Below are positions 1 through 9,067 of a stretch of 64,000 bases of DNA, in pieces. The stretch's first letter is position 1. Every line of letters begins with the position of its first letter. A program made the position numbers and the translations under genes. Origin of the DNA: Thermoproteota archaeon (lineage in GTDB: Archaea; Asgardarchaeota; Jordiarchaeia; Jordiarchaeales; Freyrarchaeaceae); NCBI GenBank assembly GCA_029258835.1, contig JAPDJY010000030.1, positions 32,001 to 96,000 of the forward strand, in the 5' to 3' direction. A model generated the notes under the pieces. The model ran no database searches. It saw only the letters and a list, made by a program, of their open reading frames with translations, and was not told the DNA's origin.

Positions 1-155
1 TCCTTTTCATCCTTTAACCTTAGCCCCCTTTCCCTTATGGCCCTTACATGCCTTTCTCTGCCGATGAGAACCACGTTAACACCCAATCGTGCAAGCATCC
101 CTCCGAAAAGGCTTCCTATAGACCCTGCGCCTAAAACAACGATCTTCATTTTCAT
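1..155 (-). CDS. panE: Ketopantoate reductase, 5' part only (runs off window)
   Basis: Reverse complement reads MKMKIVVLGAGSIGSLFGGMLARLGVNVVLIGRERH (GxGxxG Rossmann start typical of PanE); next to PPS and PoK. Confidence 0.8.
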   Translation of the reverse strand, partial: MKMKIVVLGAGSIGSLFGGMLARLGVNVVLIGRERHVRAIRERGLRLKDEK

Positions 156-352
156 CCCTTCAGAAGGCGGAAACGCATCCCTTACTGCCTTCTCTTTTTG
201 TTTTTCTAAATATTTTTAGTGAGAGACGGGTTCTTTTTCGAATTGTTATCTAAAAATTTCAGGTTAGTTTTTGTAGAAAACATAACCACTATTTCCCTGC
301 CTCTCACCTTCATGGAAAGAGATGTTTTAATTTTCTGGAAGCATAGATGGGT

Positions 353-1177
353 TTACTTTGAAATTTCATCTTGGCAGACCTCAAGGTAAACTTCTGAAAT
401 TTCAGGTATGGTCCCTCCTGCCTCTGCTATCTGAGTTAATCTATCCCTTATTATTTTCAGCGTCTCTGACAGTACCTCCCTGTTATCATATTCCTTTAGT
501 ATTTTTACAAGTTCTTTTTCAGGTTTTTTCTTGAGTTTTCGTGTTTCCTTTACTAAGAGAGGCATGCACCGAACGATGTTATCGACTATGGTTATGCTTG
601 CAAGCTGAGCTGTTCTGCTGAGCGGGTTTAGGTCTATCGCGATGACCGTTTTCCCCATTTTTCTGAGGGCTTGTGTTCTGTCTCCATCCTCGATTGGCAC
701 AAGGACGGTGTCTGCAATTAATATCCCTCTTCTATCCACAACCCTTCTAACACTTGAAATCTCCGGGATCTCCCCATTCGCCGTCTCTCCTACTCCTAAA
801 ATTTCTTTCGCCCCTGCTTCTTCCAAAACCCTTTTTATTGCTTCGAGCCGTTCGGGTCTCCTATAAAACAGGTTTATTTCTATTTTGGCTCCTACTTCTT
901 CTGCGAGCTCAACGGTCTCCTTTGGTGACAATGCTGCCAAGTTCCCATTAACACTTATTACAGGGTACCTGGCAAGTAAAAGCGCTGCTGCTGCTGCGCG
1001 AATTGCTTTCTTAGCCGGTTCCTGCGTTCTTTCACCGAGTAAGTAATCGAAAGCTTCTCCTCTGCCATGAGCGATAAGTCCTGCTTTCGCAACGATGTCA
1101 TGTTCCATTCCATGTATGATTTTATGCCGTATTCTAAGTGATTCTGCCCTAGGATGCCCTGGCGGGATCTCACTCAT
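353..1177 (-). CDS. Archaeal phosphopantothenate synthetase (4-phosphopantoate--beta-alanine ligase)
   Basis: HPRAESL, AHGRGEAFDYLLGE, EDGDRT, IDLNPLSRT motifs. Confidence 0.95.
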   Translation of the reverse strand: MSEIPPGHPRAESLRIRHKIIHGMEHDIVAKAGLIAHGRGEAFDYLLGERTQEPAKKAIRAAAAALLLARYPVISVNGNLAALSPKETVELAEEVGAKIEINLFYRRPERLEAIKRVLEEAGAKEILGVGETANGEIPEISSVRRVVDRRGILIADTVLVPIEDGDRTQALRKMGKTVIAIDLNPLSRTAQLASITIVDNIVRCMPLLVKETRKLKKKPEKELVKILKEYDNREVLSETLKIIRDRLTQIAEAGGTIPEISEVYLEVCQDEISK

Positions 1178-1201
1178 ATTTGTTTTTCCTCCTTGGGATT
1201 T

Positions 1202-2119
1202 CTATAGGAGTCTGGCGCCTTTGAAGTCTATTTTACATATCTTAATGAATCCTCTGGGCATACAACTTTTAATAATCTTATATGCCTTTTTGGCTTTGTT
1301 AGATGGTGTAATGCAGAAAACGCTTTCTCCCAGCATTACCATGCTACAGTCCTTGAATCCTTCTTTTTCGAGTTTTAAAAGCGTCTTTTTAACTTTCTCA
1401 GAAGCTAATTTAACCTTATGCATAAATTCTCTTGAAAGTTTCATCATTTTTTCAATATGTGCGTCTCTTAGAATCTCATTGATAAGTTGCTCTCCTGACA
1501 AGTTTATTCTCGCCCTTTTTTCCTTATCTGAGAGAACATTCTTCGTTTTTAAAACTCCTTCTGATCCGCAGACTACAACATAGTTCTCTGGAACTGGTAT
1601 GGTGTCTACTACTCCATACCCTGGAGCTCCCTCTTTTACCCTGATCTCTACACCTCCAACGCTTTGAGATATTACATCACCTAGTCCTGTAAGGTTTTCC
1701 ACCTCAATTAAATGTGCTATTTGGCCTACCTTATTCTTCGTTAAACCTAGTTTTAACGCCTCATTTATGGCTAAAGCGGTACTAAATGCAGCTGCTCCGC
1801 TGGCTCCGAATCCTGCATAAACCGGAATTTGCATTTCTTGCCTTATAGTTAAACTATACTTCTCTGAATATTTCTCATTAGCAATTTTCAGCATTTTTTC
1901 AGCCGTATCCTTAGTTACCTTTACATTGTCAACCTTCATGTTAACAAAAATCTTGATCTCATTCTCTTTTGCAGGTTTTGCTTCAACCGTAGTTATTATT
2001 CCTCTATTTAAGCATACTCCGGCGCCGAGAGATCCTATCTTCAAAGGATCTCTCTCTTCGTTGCATACCCGAAAAAAACCCGTTATGTGTGCTGGACAAA
2101 ACGCCCTCGAGTAAGCCAA
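1202..2119 (-). CDS. Pantoate kinase (GHMP family)
   Basis: PAHITGFF, GSLGAG, GFGASGA, TGLGDV motifs; adjacent to PPS. Confidence 0.93.
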   Translation of the reverse strand: MAYSRAFCPAHITGFFRVCNEERDPLKIGSLGAGVCLNRGIITTVEAKPAKENEIKIFVNMKVDNVKVTKDTAEKMLKIANEKYSEKYSLTIRQEMQIPVYAGFGASGAAAFSTALAINEALKLGLTKNKVGQIAHLIEVENLTGLGDVISQSVGGVEIRVKEGAPGYGVVDTIPVPENYVVVCGSEGVLKTKNVLSDKEKRARINLSGEQLINEILRDAHIEKMMKLSREFMHKVKLASEKVKKTLLKLEKEGFKDCSMVMLGESVFCITPSNKAKKAYKIIKSCMPRGFIKICKIDFKGARLL

Positions 2120-2483
2120 CTTTAGTCCATCCTTCCAATGCGATCGCTTGTTTTCTTGTCTTCAAGTCTCTTGCTAACTTACTAAGATATAAGGTTTTTC
2201 TGTCTTAAGTATATAGTATCGGTTATTTCTTGTTATTTTTTAAATTTTTTAATAAAAAATCGTTAGCTGTCTCACTGAACCATCTATTTGTCTCGATAAA
2301 ATTCCCTCTTATTTTTATGTTACTCCTTGTTAATCACCATTCTTCGTTTTGAGCTCTCCTTTCCTTTTTTCCGTTAAAAAGACATTTCTTTTCTGCTAAA
2401 TAGTCCTTCTTTTCCTTTTAATCTTTCATTTTATCCTAGAAAATCATTAATTTAGAAGGGCTACCTCTCCTAAGGGTGTTGAA

Positions 2484-3473
2484 ATGGAATCTTTGAAATG
2501 TCCAGATTGTAAAGTGCGTGTAATTATTCATGCGGGAGAATACGTATGCCCAAATTGCGGCCTCGTAGTTGGATATAATATGACTTCTCCTCTCTACAGA
2601 ATATCTTCAGAGGAGCCTATCAGGGGAATGTGGGTGAACCCTGAGCCCCAGTCAGGAAGCTATATTGGCTATGAGCACTCATTTATTTTCAAGGACTCAA
2701 AGGGCAATCTCATTCCACCCAATAGGCAAGTAATTTATAAGCGTCTAAAGGTTAAAGCCTTTCGAGAAAGGTTAAAAGCACTCAACAGCGCTCACCACCG
2801 TGCCATTTCAGCTCTTAGAAGAGCCTGCGATAACCTTGAACTCCAACCCTTCGTCAGAGAACGTGCAATATACTTATACAAATACATAGTTCGTCATCGG
2901 AAGGTAAGTAATAACATTTTACTTGTAGCAGCCTGCCTCCTTTATGCTATTAGAGAACAGAAAATGCGTGCCCCAGTAACGTTAACAGAACTTTCTAACG
3001 CCTTTAAAATGCTAGGATATAATGTCACTCCAAAAAGATTAACCAAAATGTTCTTCTTGATTCGCAGAATTACAGGGGAACATCATGAACTACGTAAAAG
3101 TGAAGAGTATATTCCAAGAGCAATTAACACCCTCTTAGAATCCGAAGAAGTTATTGTAAGGATCGAGGAGAGAGGCATAAACTTAGAAGAATACAAAAAC
3201 GAGTTATTATCAAAATGTATGACGATTCTCTCTGAAATAAATCTTAAAGAGCGAGGTGGTCGCAGACCGTTCACGCTAGCTGCAGCCGTCATCTACTGTG
3301 CAGATAAATTGATATCACTAAGGAAAGGTACATCACCTGTTTTAACACAGAGACTCGTATCCCACATTCTAGGTGTAGCAGCATATAGTCTAAGAGATCA
3401 CTACAGTACTTTACTTAAATCAAAGTACATTAAAACCATCTCACGACGATTCAAACAAGCCATGCCATTCTAA
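2484..3473 (+). CDS. Divergent TFB/TFIIB-family protein
   Basis: N-terminal Zn ribbon CPDC...YVCPNCGLV followed by two cyclin-like repeats (AACLLYAIR; GRRPFTLAAAVIYCA...TQ). Confidence 0.8.
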   Translation: MESLKCPDCKVRVIIHAGEYVCPNCGLVVGYNMTSPLYRISSEEPIRGMWVNPEPQSGSYIGYEHSFIFKDSKGNLIPPNRQVIYKRLKVKAFRERLKALNSAHHRAISALRRACDNLELQPFVRERAIYLYKYIVRHRKVSNNILLVAACLLYAIREQKMRAPVTLTELSNAFKMLGYNVTPKRLTKMFFLIRRITGEHHELRKSEEYIPRAINTLLESEEVIVRIEERGINLEEYKNELLSKCMTILSEINLKERGGRRPFTLAAAVIYCADKLISLRKGTSPVLTQRLVSHILGVAAYSLRDHYSTLLKSKYIKTISRRFKQAMPF

Positions 3474-3655
3474 TTCCCTTTCTGAATATCCATAGTTTTT
3501 CATTTTCATTCATATTATCTGTTCATACTCGAACAGACTAACTAAAATACTTATTCTTCTTTTTTTGCGTTTAAAAGCTTAAATAGTTTCATCACCTATA
3601 GGTAAAATAGAGTAGTTCTTAATTGTAGATAACAACCTTCTCTGAGGTAGTTGCT

Positions 3656-4957
3656 TTGCCCGCTGAGCACACCTCAAAACAAATTATTGGAACAAAAAGT
3701 CAGATCCTTAGAGGGAAAAAGATCGCCCTCTGTATAACAGGCAGTGTAGCCGCAATAGAATGCCCAATAATAGCTAGGGAGCTAATGAGGCATGGAGCGG
3801 AAGTTTATGCTGTAATGTCTCCTGCGGCCATGAAGTTAATTTCACCTGCTCTCATGGAATGGGCAACAGGTAACCCTGTCATAACAAAGCTTACTGGGAA
3901 AGTTGAACATATCACTCTTGCTGGAGATCACCCTGATGCTGTTTCTTTAGTTTTGGTTGCACCAGCCACAGCCAATACTATAAGTAAGATAGCTTATGGC
4001 ATAGACGACACTCCTGTAACAACAGTTGTCACTACTGCTATCGGTGCCGGAATTCCAATAGTTGTTGTACCTGCTATGCACGAGTCAATGTATCGTCACC
4101 CAATTATACTTGAAAATCTGAAAAGGTTAGAGAAATATGGAATAGAGATCGTTGGCCCTCGCTTTGAAGAAGGAAAGGCCAAAATTGCCCACATCAACAC
4201 GGTAGTTGCAAAAGTAATAGAACGCCTTTCGAAGAAAAAGGATATGGAAGGACTAAAGGTTCTTGTTACTGGTGGGCCAACAAGGGAATACATAGATGCT
4301 ATAAGATACATAAGCAATCCGAGTAGTGGCCGCATGGGCGTCGCCCTAGCAGAGGAAAGTGCTCTCCGCGGCGCAGAAGTAACACTAATTTACGGTGCCG
4401 GTGCCGTTGAACCCCCCTTTACTGTCCAGTTAATTAAGGTTGAAACCACAAGAGAAATGTTAGACGCTGCATTATCTGAGGTAAGTAAAAACTGCTACGA
4501 CATAATAATATGTGCCGCCGCTGTTGCTGATTACGCTCCAAAAACAAGGGTAAATGAAAAAATTTCATCTGGAAAAGAAAACCTAACGATAACTCTCACA
4601 CCATTACCTAAGGTTATTGACGCAATAAGAATCGCCGCACCAAAAGCTTTTCTGGTAGGATTTAAAGCAGAGTACAATGTTTCCAAGGAGGAATTAATTG
4701 CCCGTGCAATAGAGAAGCTTAAAAATGCAAACCTCGACATGGTCGTCGCTAACGACGTGTCTAGGCATGATTCAGGCTTTGCCGCAGAGACGAATGAGGT
4801 CTACATTGTTGACAAGCAAGAAAATGTTTATCACGTACCATTAGCCCCTAAGAAAGTTGTCGCATCAAAGATCCTCGATCTAATCCTCGAAAAACTTCTA
4901 GAAGAAAAGGAGAAACTAGCTGAAGAACAAATAATAAGTCATACAGGTGAAGCATAA
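3656..4957 (+). CDS. coaBC: Bifunctional phosphopantothenoylcysteine decarboxylase/ligase
   Basis: TGSVAA, APATANTI, PAMH, TGGPTRE.ID.IRYISNPSSG, GFKAE, ANDV. Confidence 0.97.
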   Translation: MPAEHTSKQIIGTKSQILRGKKIALCITGSVAAIECPIIARELMRHGAEVYAVMSPAAMKLISPALMEWATGNPVITKLTGKVEHITLAGDHPDAVSLVLVAPATANTISKIAYGIDDTPVTTVVTTAIGAGIPIVVVPAMHESMYRHPIILENLKRLEKYGIEIVGPRFEEGKAKIAHINTVVAKVIERLSKKKDMEGLKVLVTGGPTREYIDAIRYISNPSSGRMGVALAEESALRGAEVTLIYGAGAVEPPFTVQLIKVETTREMLDAALSEVSKNCYDIIICAAAVADYAPKTRVNEKISSGKENLTITLTPLPKVIDAIRIAAPKAFLVGFKAEYNVSKEELIARAIEKLKNANLDMVVANDVSRHDSGFAAETNEVYIVDKQENVYHVPLAPKKVVASKILDLILEKLLEEKEKLAEEQIISHTGEA

Positions 4958-4966
4958 AAGATGTCT

Positions 4967-5251
4967 TCAACTTCCTCTCCCAGCAGCGTCTAATATAACT
5001 TTAACGATTGCATCTTCATCTATTCCAAGAAGCGTAATCTTCCTATCCTTTATAAACTCTAAAATAGTACTTCTCACCTCCTTAATGGTTCGTCCCGCTA
5101 GTACCCTCTCCAACTTCTCCAGTTCCTCCTCTGGATAGAAATAAAAGTCACCAGTTATCTTAACATAATTAATTAATTCTTTTTCTAATTCTATCTCCGC
5201 CTCTATCATTTTCCCTCCAGGAACCTTCAGCCTCGCGCTTCCCCGCATCAT
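4967..5251 (-). CDS. Stand-alone lipoate-protein ligase C-terminal domain (LplB-like)
   Basis: KVPGGKMI, ITGDFYFYPEE motif. Confidence 0.8.
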   Translation of the reverse strand: MMRGSARLKVPGGKMIEAEIELEKELINYVKITGDFYFYPEEELEKLERVLAGRTIKEVRSTILEFIKDRKITLLGIDEDAIVKVILDAAGRGS

Positions 5252-6189
5252 TCCTCCCTTCCCTTCACCTCTAAATTAACTTCTTCACCTACTCTAAAGT
5301 TAGGCTTTCCCCTCTTTAAAGGTATTATCTTTATTAAGCATCTACCTAGACTTATAAATGCGGAGACGCCTCTTATCCTTTCCCCCTTGCACATAATGCT
5401 AAGGGGGCACACTCTGAAGGTGACGCCACTACCCACTTTCCCACAAACTTTACCCATCATTACGCCTTTAAACATGATGGGGGTACCCTGCTCTACCTCA
5501 ACGCCCTCCTTAAGGATCACTCCCCCCCTATTATAATGAGGGAGTCCACAGTCAAGAATACCAAAGTGCCTCCCTACTCTTACACCCACCCCCCTAAATA
5601 ATCCAACCTTCATGATGTACTCGCTGGGAACGCTTGCCAATGCATAATCTTCGCATGCAAAAACAACCTCACACGGTAATACCTCTCCCTCAACTTCTTC
5701 CCTCCAAAAGGGCTTACTAACCCTACTTAAACCTTCCAACTTTATTGGAAACGACTTCTTAGCTCTGAGTGCGTCCTCAGGACGTTTCACCTCTAAATGT
5801 ACATGAAGGCTTGTCCATGGATCAAAAAACCCGCTTCTCAAAGGTCGCCCTACACCATTTCCTAACTCTATCTCGTCTCCAACCTGCACAGAGGGTCTAA
5901 CATGCATCATCCTAACTATCAAATCAGGCCTTTCTACAGCTTTCACCATGATCAAGTAATCATACTCTTCATGAGGAAATTTCCTAGACGGCGTACGAAC
6001 CCTTCTAATATCGACAACCCTGCCAGGAGTTAAGCACGGTACCTCCTCACCCCCCCAAAGAAAGTATACATCCATCGCTCCTCCATAAGTATGTGCATGA
6101 TACGGGCTGTTAAACAAGGAAAAATAGTCGACGCCTCTTACTTTACGTATTGATATCCTCTCACAAATACCTATTACGACCATCATCAA
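5248..6189 (-). CDS. Conserved archaeal protein with M23/LytM-like motifs
   Basis: SPYHAH...AMD, MHVRP, G..LRSGFF..WT.LHVHLEV. Confidence 0.55.
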   Translation of the reverse strand: MMMVVIGICERISIRKVRGVDYFSLFNSPYHAHTYGGAMDVYFLWGGEEVPCLTPGRVVDIRRVRTPSRKFPHEEYDYLIMVKAVERPDLIVRMMHVRPSVQVGDEIELGNGVGRPLRSGFFDPWTSLHVHLEVKRPEDALRAKKSFPIKLEGLSRVSKPFWREEVEGEVLPCEVVFACEDYALASVPSEYIMKVGLFRGVGVRVGRHFGILDCGLPHYNRGGVILKEGVEVEQGTPIMFKGVMMGKVCGKVGSGVTFRVCPLSIMCKGERIRGVSAFISLGRCLIKIIPLKRGKPNFRVGEEVNLEVKGREE

Positions 6190-6259
6190 CCCTCTAACCG
6201 GATAGTTTTTATCTTGTTCTAAACATCTTTAGAATGTAAAAATATCCAACGGTGGCAAA

Positions 6260-7057
6260 ATGTCCTCTGACTTTGAAAGAGCCTTGGAAGAATGCTTAAA
6301 ACCTTTAAAAATATTCGATAACTATGAAGCTTGGCTCGCTTGGTTTAAGGGCGCAGAAGCCAGAGCAAACCTTTACTTATCAAAAATTAAAATGTTCACC
6401 AAGAACTTGTCTGGTCTAAGAGCTCTTGATGTAGGCTGTGGAGTTGGTGGAGTATGCTCTGCCTTAGCAAAACTCTCTAATCATATGGTTGGAGTCGAAA
6501 TAAATGAAGTTCTGCTTCCATTAGCAAAACTTAACGTTGAAAATTCACTTCATGAATCAAGTAGCGTAGACTTTGTTTTAGCTAGTGGATTAAACCTGCC
6601 TTTCAGAGAAAACAGTTTTGACTTAGTCCTCTGTAATGACGTTCTAGAGCATGTAAGCGATAAAGAGAAGCTTATCAAAGAAATCTTTTCGGTTCTTAGG
6701 AAAGATGGCCACCTCTTCCTTACAACACCTAACAGGCTATATCCCATAGAACCGCATACTGGTATGATAGGTGTAACCTTAATACCTAGAAGACTAGCTA
6801 ACAAACTAGCCTCGTATAAGTTTGGCTTTAAAATGGATCTACCGGATCTTATAACATATAAACACTTGGTAGCTTTAATTAAATCAAACGGCTTTAAGTT
6901 CATCATAAACCATCCTAAGTGGCTAACTTATGACAACGTAAAAATAATAAATCATGGCATCATGAAACGTCTTCTAAAATCTAGAGCGTTCACATGGATG
7001 CTTGCCCTATTCTCTCCCCTCTTCACCGCATTATGTAAAAAGCCGACCAATAAATAA
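6260..7057 (+). CDS. Class I SAM-dependent methyltransferase
   Basis: LDVGCGVG, LPF..NSFDLV, VLEH, TTPN. Confidence 0.9.
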   Translation: MSSDFERALEECLKPLKIFDNYEAWLAWFKGAEARANLYLSKIKMFTKNLSGLRALDVGCGVGGVCSALAKLSNHMVGVEINEVLLPLAKLNVENSLHESSSVDFVLASGLNLPFRENSFDLVLCNDVLEHVSDKEKLIKEIFSVLRKDGHLFLTTPNRLYPIEPHTGMIGVTLIPRRLANKLASYKFGFKMDLPDLITYKHLVALIKSNGFKFIINHPKWLTYDNVKIINHGIMKRLLKSRAFTWMLALFSPLFTALCKKPTNK

Positions 7058-7391
7058 AAGAGAAAAAGAAAAGTTGAAAAGTAATCCGAGAACAAGCAAT
7101 CATTTCTTAGCTAATCCGTTATTTTTGACATAAATTGTTCCTTCAAGTAACTGAAAATTTCTTTCTCCCTTACCGGAGGTCTCTCAGGGAAACTGATGTT
7201 CCTGAAAGGATGCTCCTGAAATAACCATCACATCTCCTGAGCTAGAGGCAGCTTCCCATCCAAACTTGAACACTTACATATCGAAGACTTGCCTTATCAG
7301 GCAATTATAACACAAAAGCTACTCTTAAAAAAAGGAAGTTTTTTATCAGAAACCAGCTTGTTCCTTTTTTACGAGAAGCTCCGCTTTCTTT

Positions 7392-7763
7392 CTATATTTC
7401 TCCAACAAATGCCGGTGTTTCTGCAAGGTAAATTATTGGTATAAATCTCGCTTTTGGATCAACTTCCACTGCCTTAACGAATTCTATTTTTTCCTCTTGA
7501 TGGCCAATGTAACGTATAAAATTGCCTTTCGGAGGCTCATCATCCACTACGTATACGAAGAATGGCAACCCTCTAAGCTCGTAATATCCAGGAAAACTTC
7601 CTATTAGTGCACCGTAAACGTGTTTTCCCTCTTTCTCAAAGTAAAACATGTATGTTCCCCTTTCTCTACCCCAAGCGACGAGCAGCCTGATCAAATCCGT
7701 CAGGCTTCTAAGACGTAACGAAACTGCAGGTCTTATTTTCCTCTCAACAATTCCTTCTTCCAA
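7392..7763 (-). CDS. Hypothetical protein (resembles crenarchaeal conserved 'cren protein'); TTG start inferred
   Basis: SLTDLIRLL, Y.LRGLP.F.Y, FIPII.L; purine-rich RBS before TTG at 7763. Confidence 0.55.
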   Translation of the reverse strand: MEEGIVERKIRPAVSLRLRSLTDLIRLLVAWGRERGTYMFYFEKEGKHVYGALIGSFPGYYELRGLPFFVYVVDDEPPKGNFIRYIGHQEEKIEFVKAVEVDPKARFIPIIYLAETPAFVGEI

Positions 7764-7789
7764 GCATCTCCCCCTTCCCCTCTTTAGCG

Positions 7790-8281
7790 TTACCTCTTTA
7801 GCGTTACGGTTTTCACGCATGTTGAATCTGGTGTTGGCGGTTTAACCAGTTTAACATCCACGTTTGGACTCACTTCAAGAGCCATGGCTTTAACCATTGG
7901 GAAACAAATTGTCGAACAGGGGTTGTCCTTTCCTTTGAAAGCCTCGTAGAGTGGGCAGTATATGTGAATAAACCTGTACGTGTTCTCCCCCTCAGCTTCA
8001 CACCTCATTTTCATTCCTGTTAAATTCCCTGCTATTCTCCATGCTTCAGCAACGTCCTTTAAACCGTCGCCGACGCCTAACCGTTCACGCAATACCCTTG
8101 CCTGCTCTTTCCCTTGCCTCTCGAAAACGGCAACTAAAGCCTTCCTTCCCTCTTCCCCAAACCTATCAATTACCTCGTTCGTTAAATCAGCGATAGCATT
8201 CATTAAACTTTCTTGGACGAGCTTCAGCTTCACCCCCCCAGGTAATAAATTGAAGAGTGCCAGCATCTTAGCTACTTTCAT
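7790..8281 (-). CDS. V4R/ATC-hydrolase-like ligand-binding protein
   Basis: Helical N-terminus with G..A, then CPL...C...C...C pattern. Confidence 0.6.
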   Translation of the reverse strand: MKVAKMLALFNLLPGGVKLKLVQESLMNAIADLTNEVIDRFGEEGRKALVAVFERQGKEQARVLRERLGVGDGLKDVAEAWRIAGNLTGMKMRCEAEGENTYRFIHIYCPLYEAFKGKDNPCSTICFPMVKAMALEVSPNVDVKLVKPPTPDSTCVKTVTLKR

Positions 8282-8522
8282 CCTTCTCTCCCCCAGAGCA
8301 GATACAAGTCATAGTCTCCATAACTCCCTCCATCTGCCTAATAACCCCAAAAACGAAATCGTCAAGTTCCTCCACGTTCTTCACACTTACCTTAAGAATT
8401 ATATCATAAATTCCATATACAAGGTCCGCACAGTCCACGTTGTTAAGCTCCCTCAACTTTGAAAGGACTGGCTTTTCGTGTCCAGATGCCACTTTAATCA
8501 ACACATACGCATTCAACACCAC
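8268..8522 (-). CDS. Stand-alone Lrp/AsnC ligand-binding (RAM) domain
   Basis: AYVLI, VYGIYDIILKV, IRQMEGV.ET.T; no HTH; GTG start inferred after GGAGG. Confidence 0.85.
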   Translation of the reverse strand: MVLNAYVLIKVASGHEKPVLSKLRELNNVDCADLVYGIYDIILKVSVKNVEELDDFVFGVIRQMEGVMETMTCICSGGEKDESS

Positions 8523-8689
8523 CCTATCTCCCTCCAAGTACCAATGAAAAGACGGCAATGGTTAGAGGTGCTCCATAAACCATATAAATCTTTTTCAACA
8601 GCTCTTCTACCCACCCAATAAAACAGTCAATCAAATATCTAAAAATCTCCTTTCCTTCATCTTTTCCTTTTTCTTATTAAAGGAAGCTG

Positions 8690-9019
8690 TTAAGATGCTA
8701 ACTTCACAATCGGAATACCTTTCCGCCCCTCTATTTTCTCTTTCTTTTCTTCTTTTTCATGCCCTTTATGTTCCTTCAATTGTTCTTCTTCGATCACCTC
8801 TTCACCATCTCCTTCTTTAACCCTGCAATCATTAATATTACATATTTTTTCCGTTCCCTCCTCTTCCTCGTTTTTTAGTATCTTAAATCCATAAGTCTCT
8901 TGGATCAGTACACTAATTTGTTCCTCCACTCTCTTAAGCCTTCGATCTATGTTCGAGATCTCCTCAATCAAAAGTTTTATAACACCTCCATCCACCTTGC
9001 TTCGCCCTAATTTTACCAT
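8690..9019 (-). CDS. Hypothetical protein (short coiled coil plus acidic tail)
   Basis: 109-aa ORF with GGAGG-type RBS. Confidence 0.55.
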   Translation of the reverse strand: MVKLGRSKVDGGVIKLLIEEISNIDRRLKRVEEQISVLIQETYGFKILKNEEEEGTEKICNINDCRVKEGDGEEVIEEEQLKEHKGHEKEEKKEKIEGRKGIPIVKLAS

Positions 9020-9067
9020 GTGCAGCCCTCCTCAAAGGTGGCTTAGACATGGTTGAAAGATAAAAAT

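Noticed and set aside
7108-7270. Minus-strand frame LDGKLPLAQEM-TGA-WLFQEHPF... considered as a small selenoprotein
   Set aside because: No redox motif, recognisable family or evident SECIS; too short to distinguish from chance
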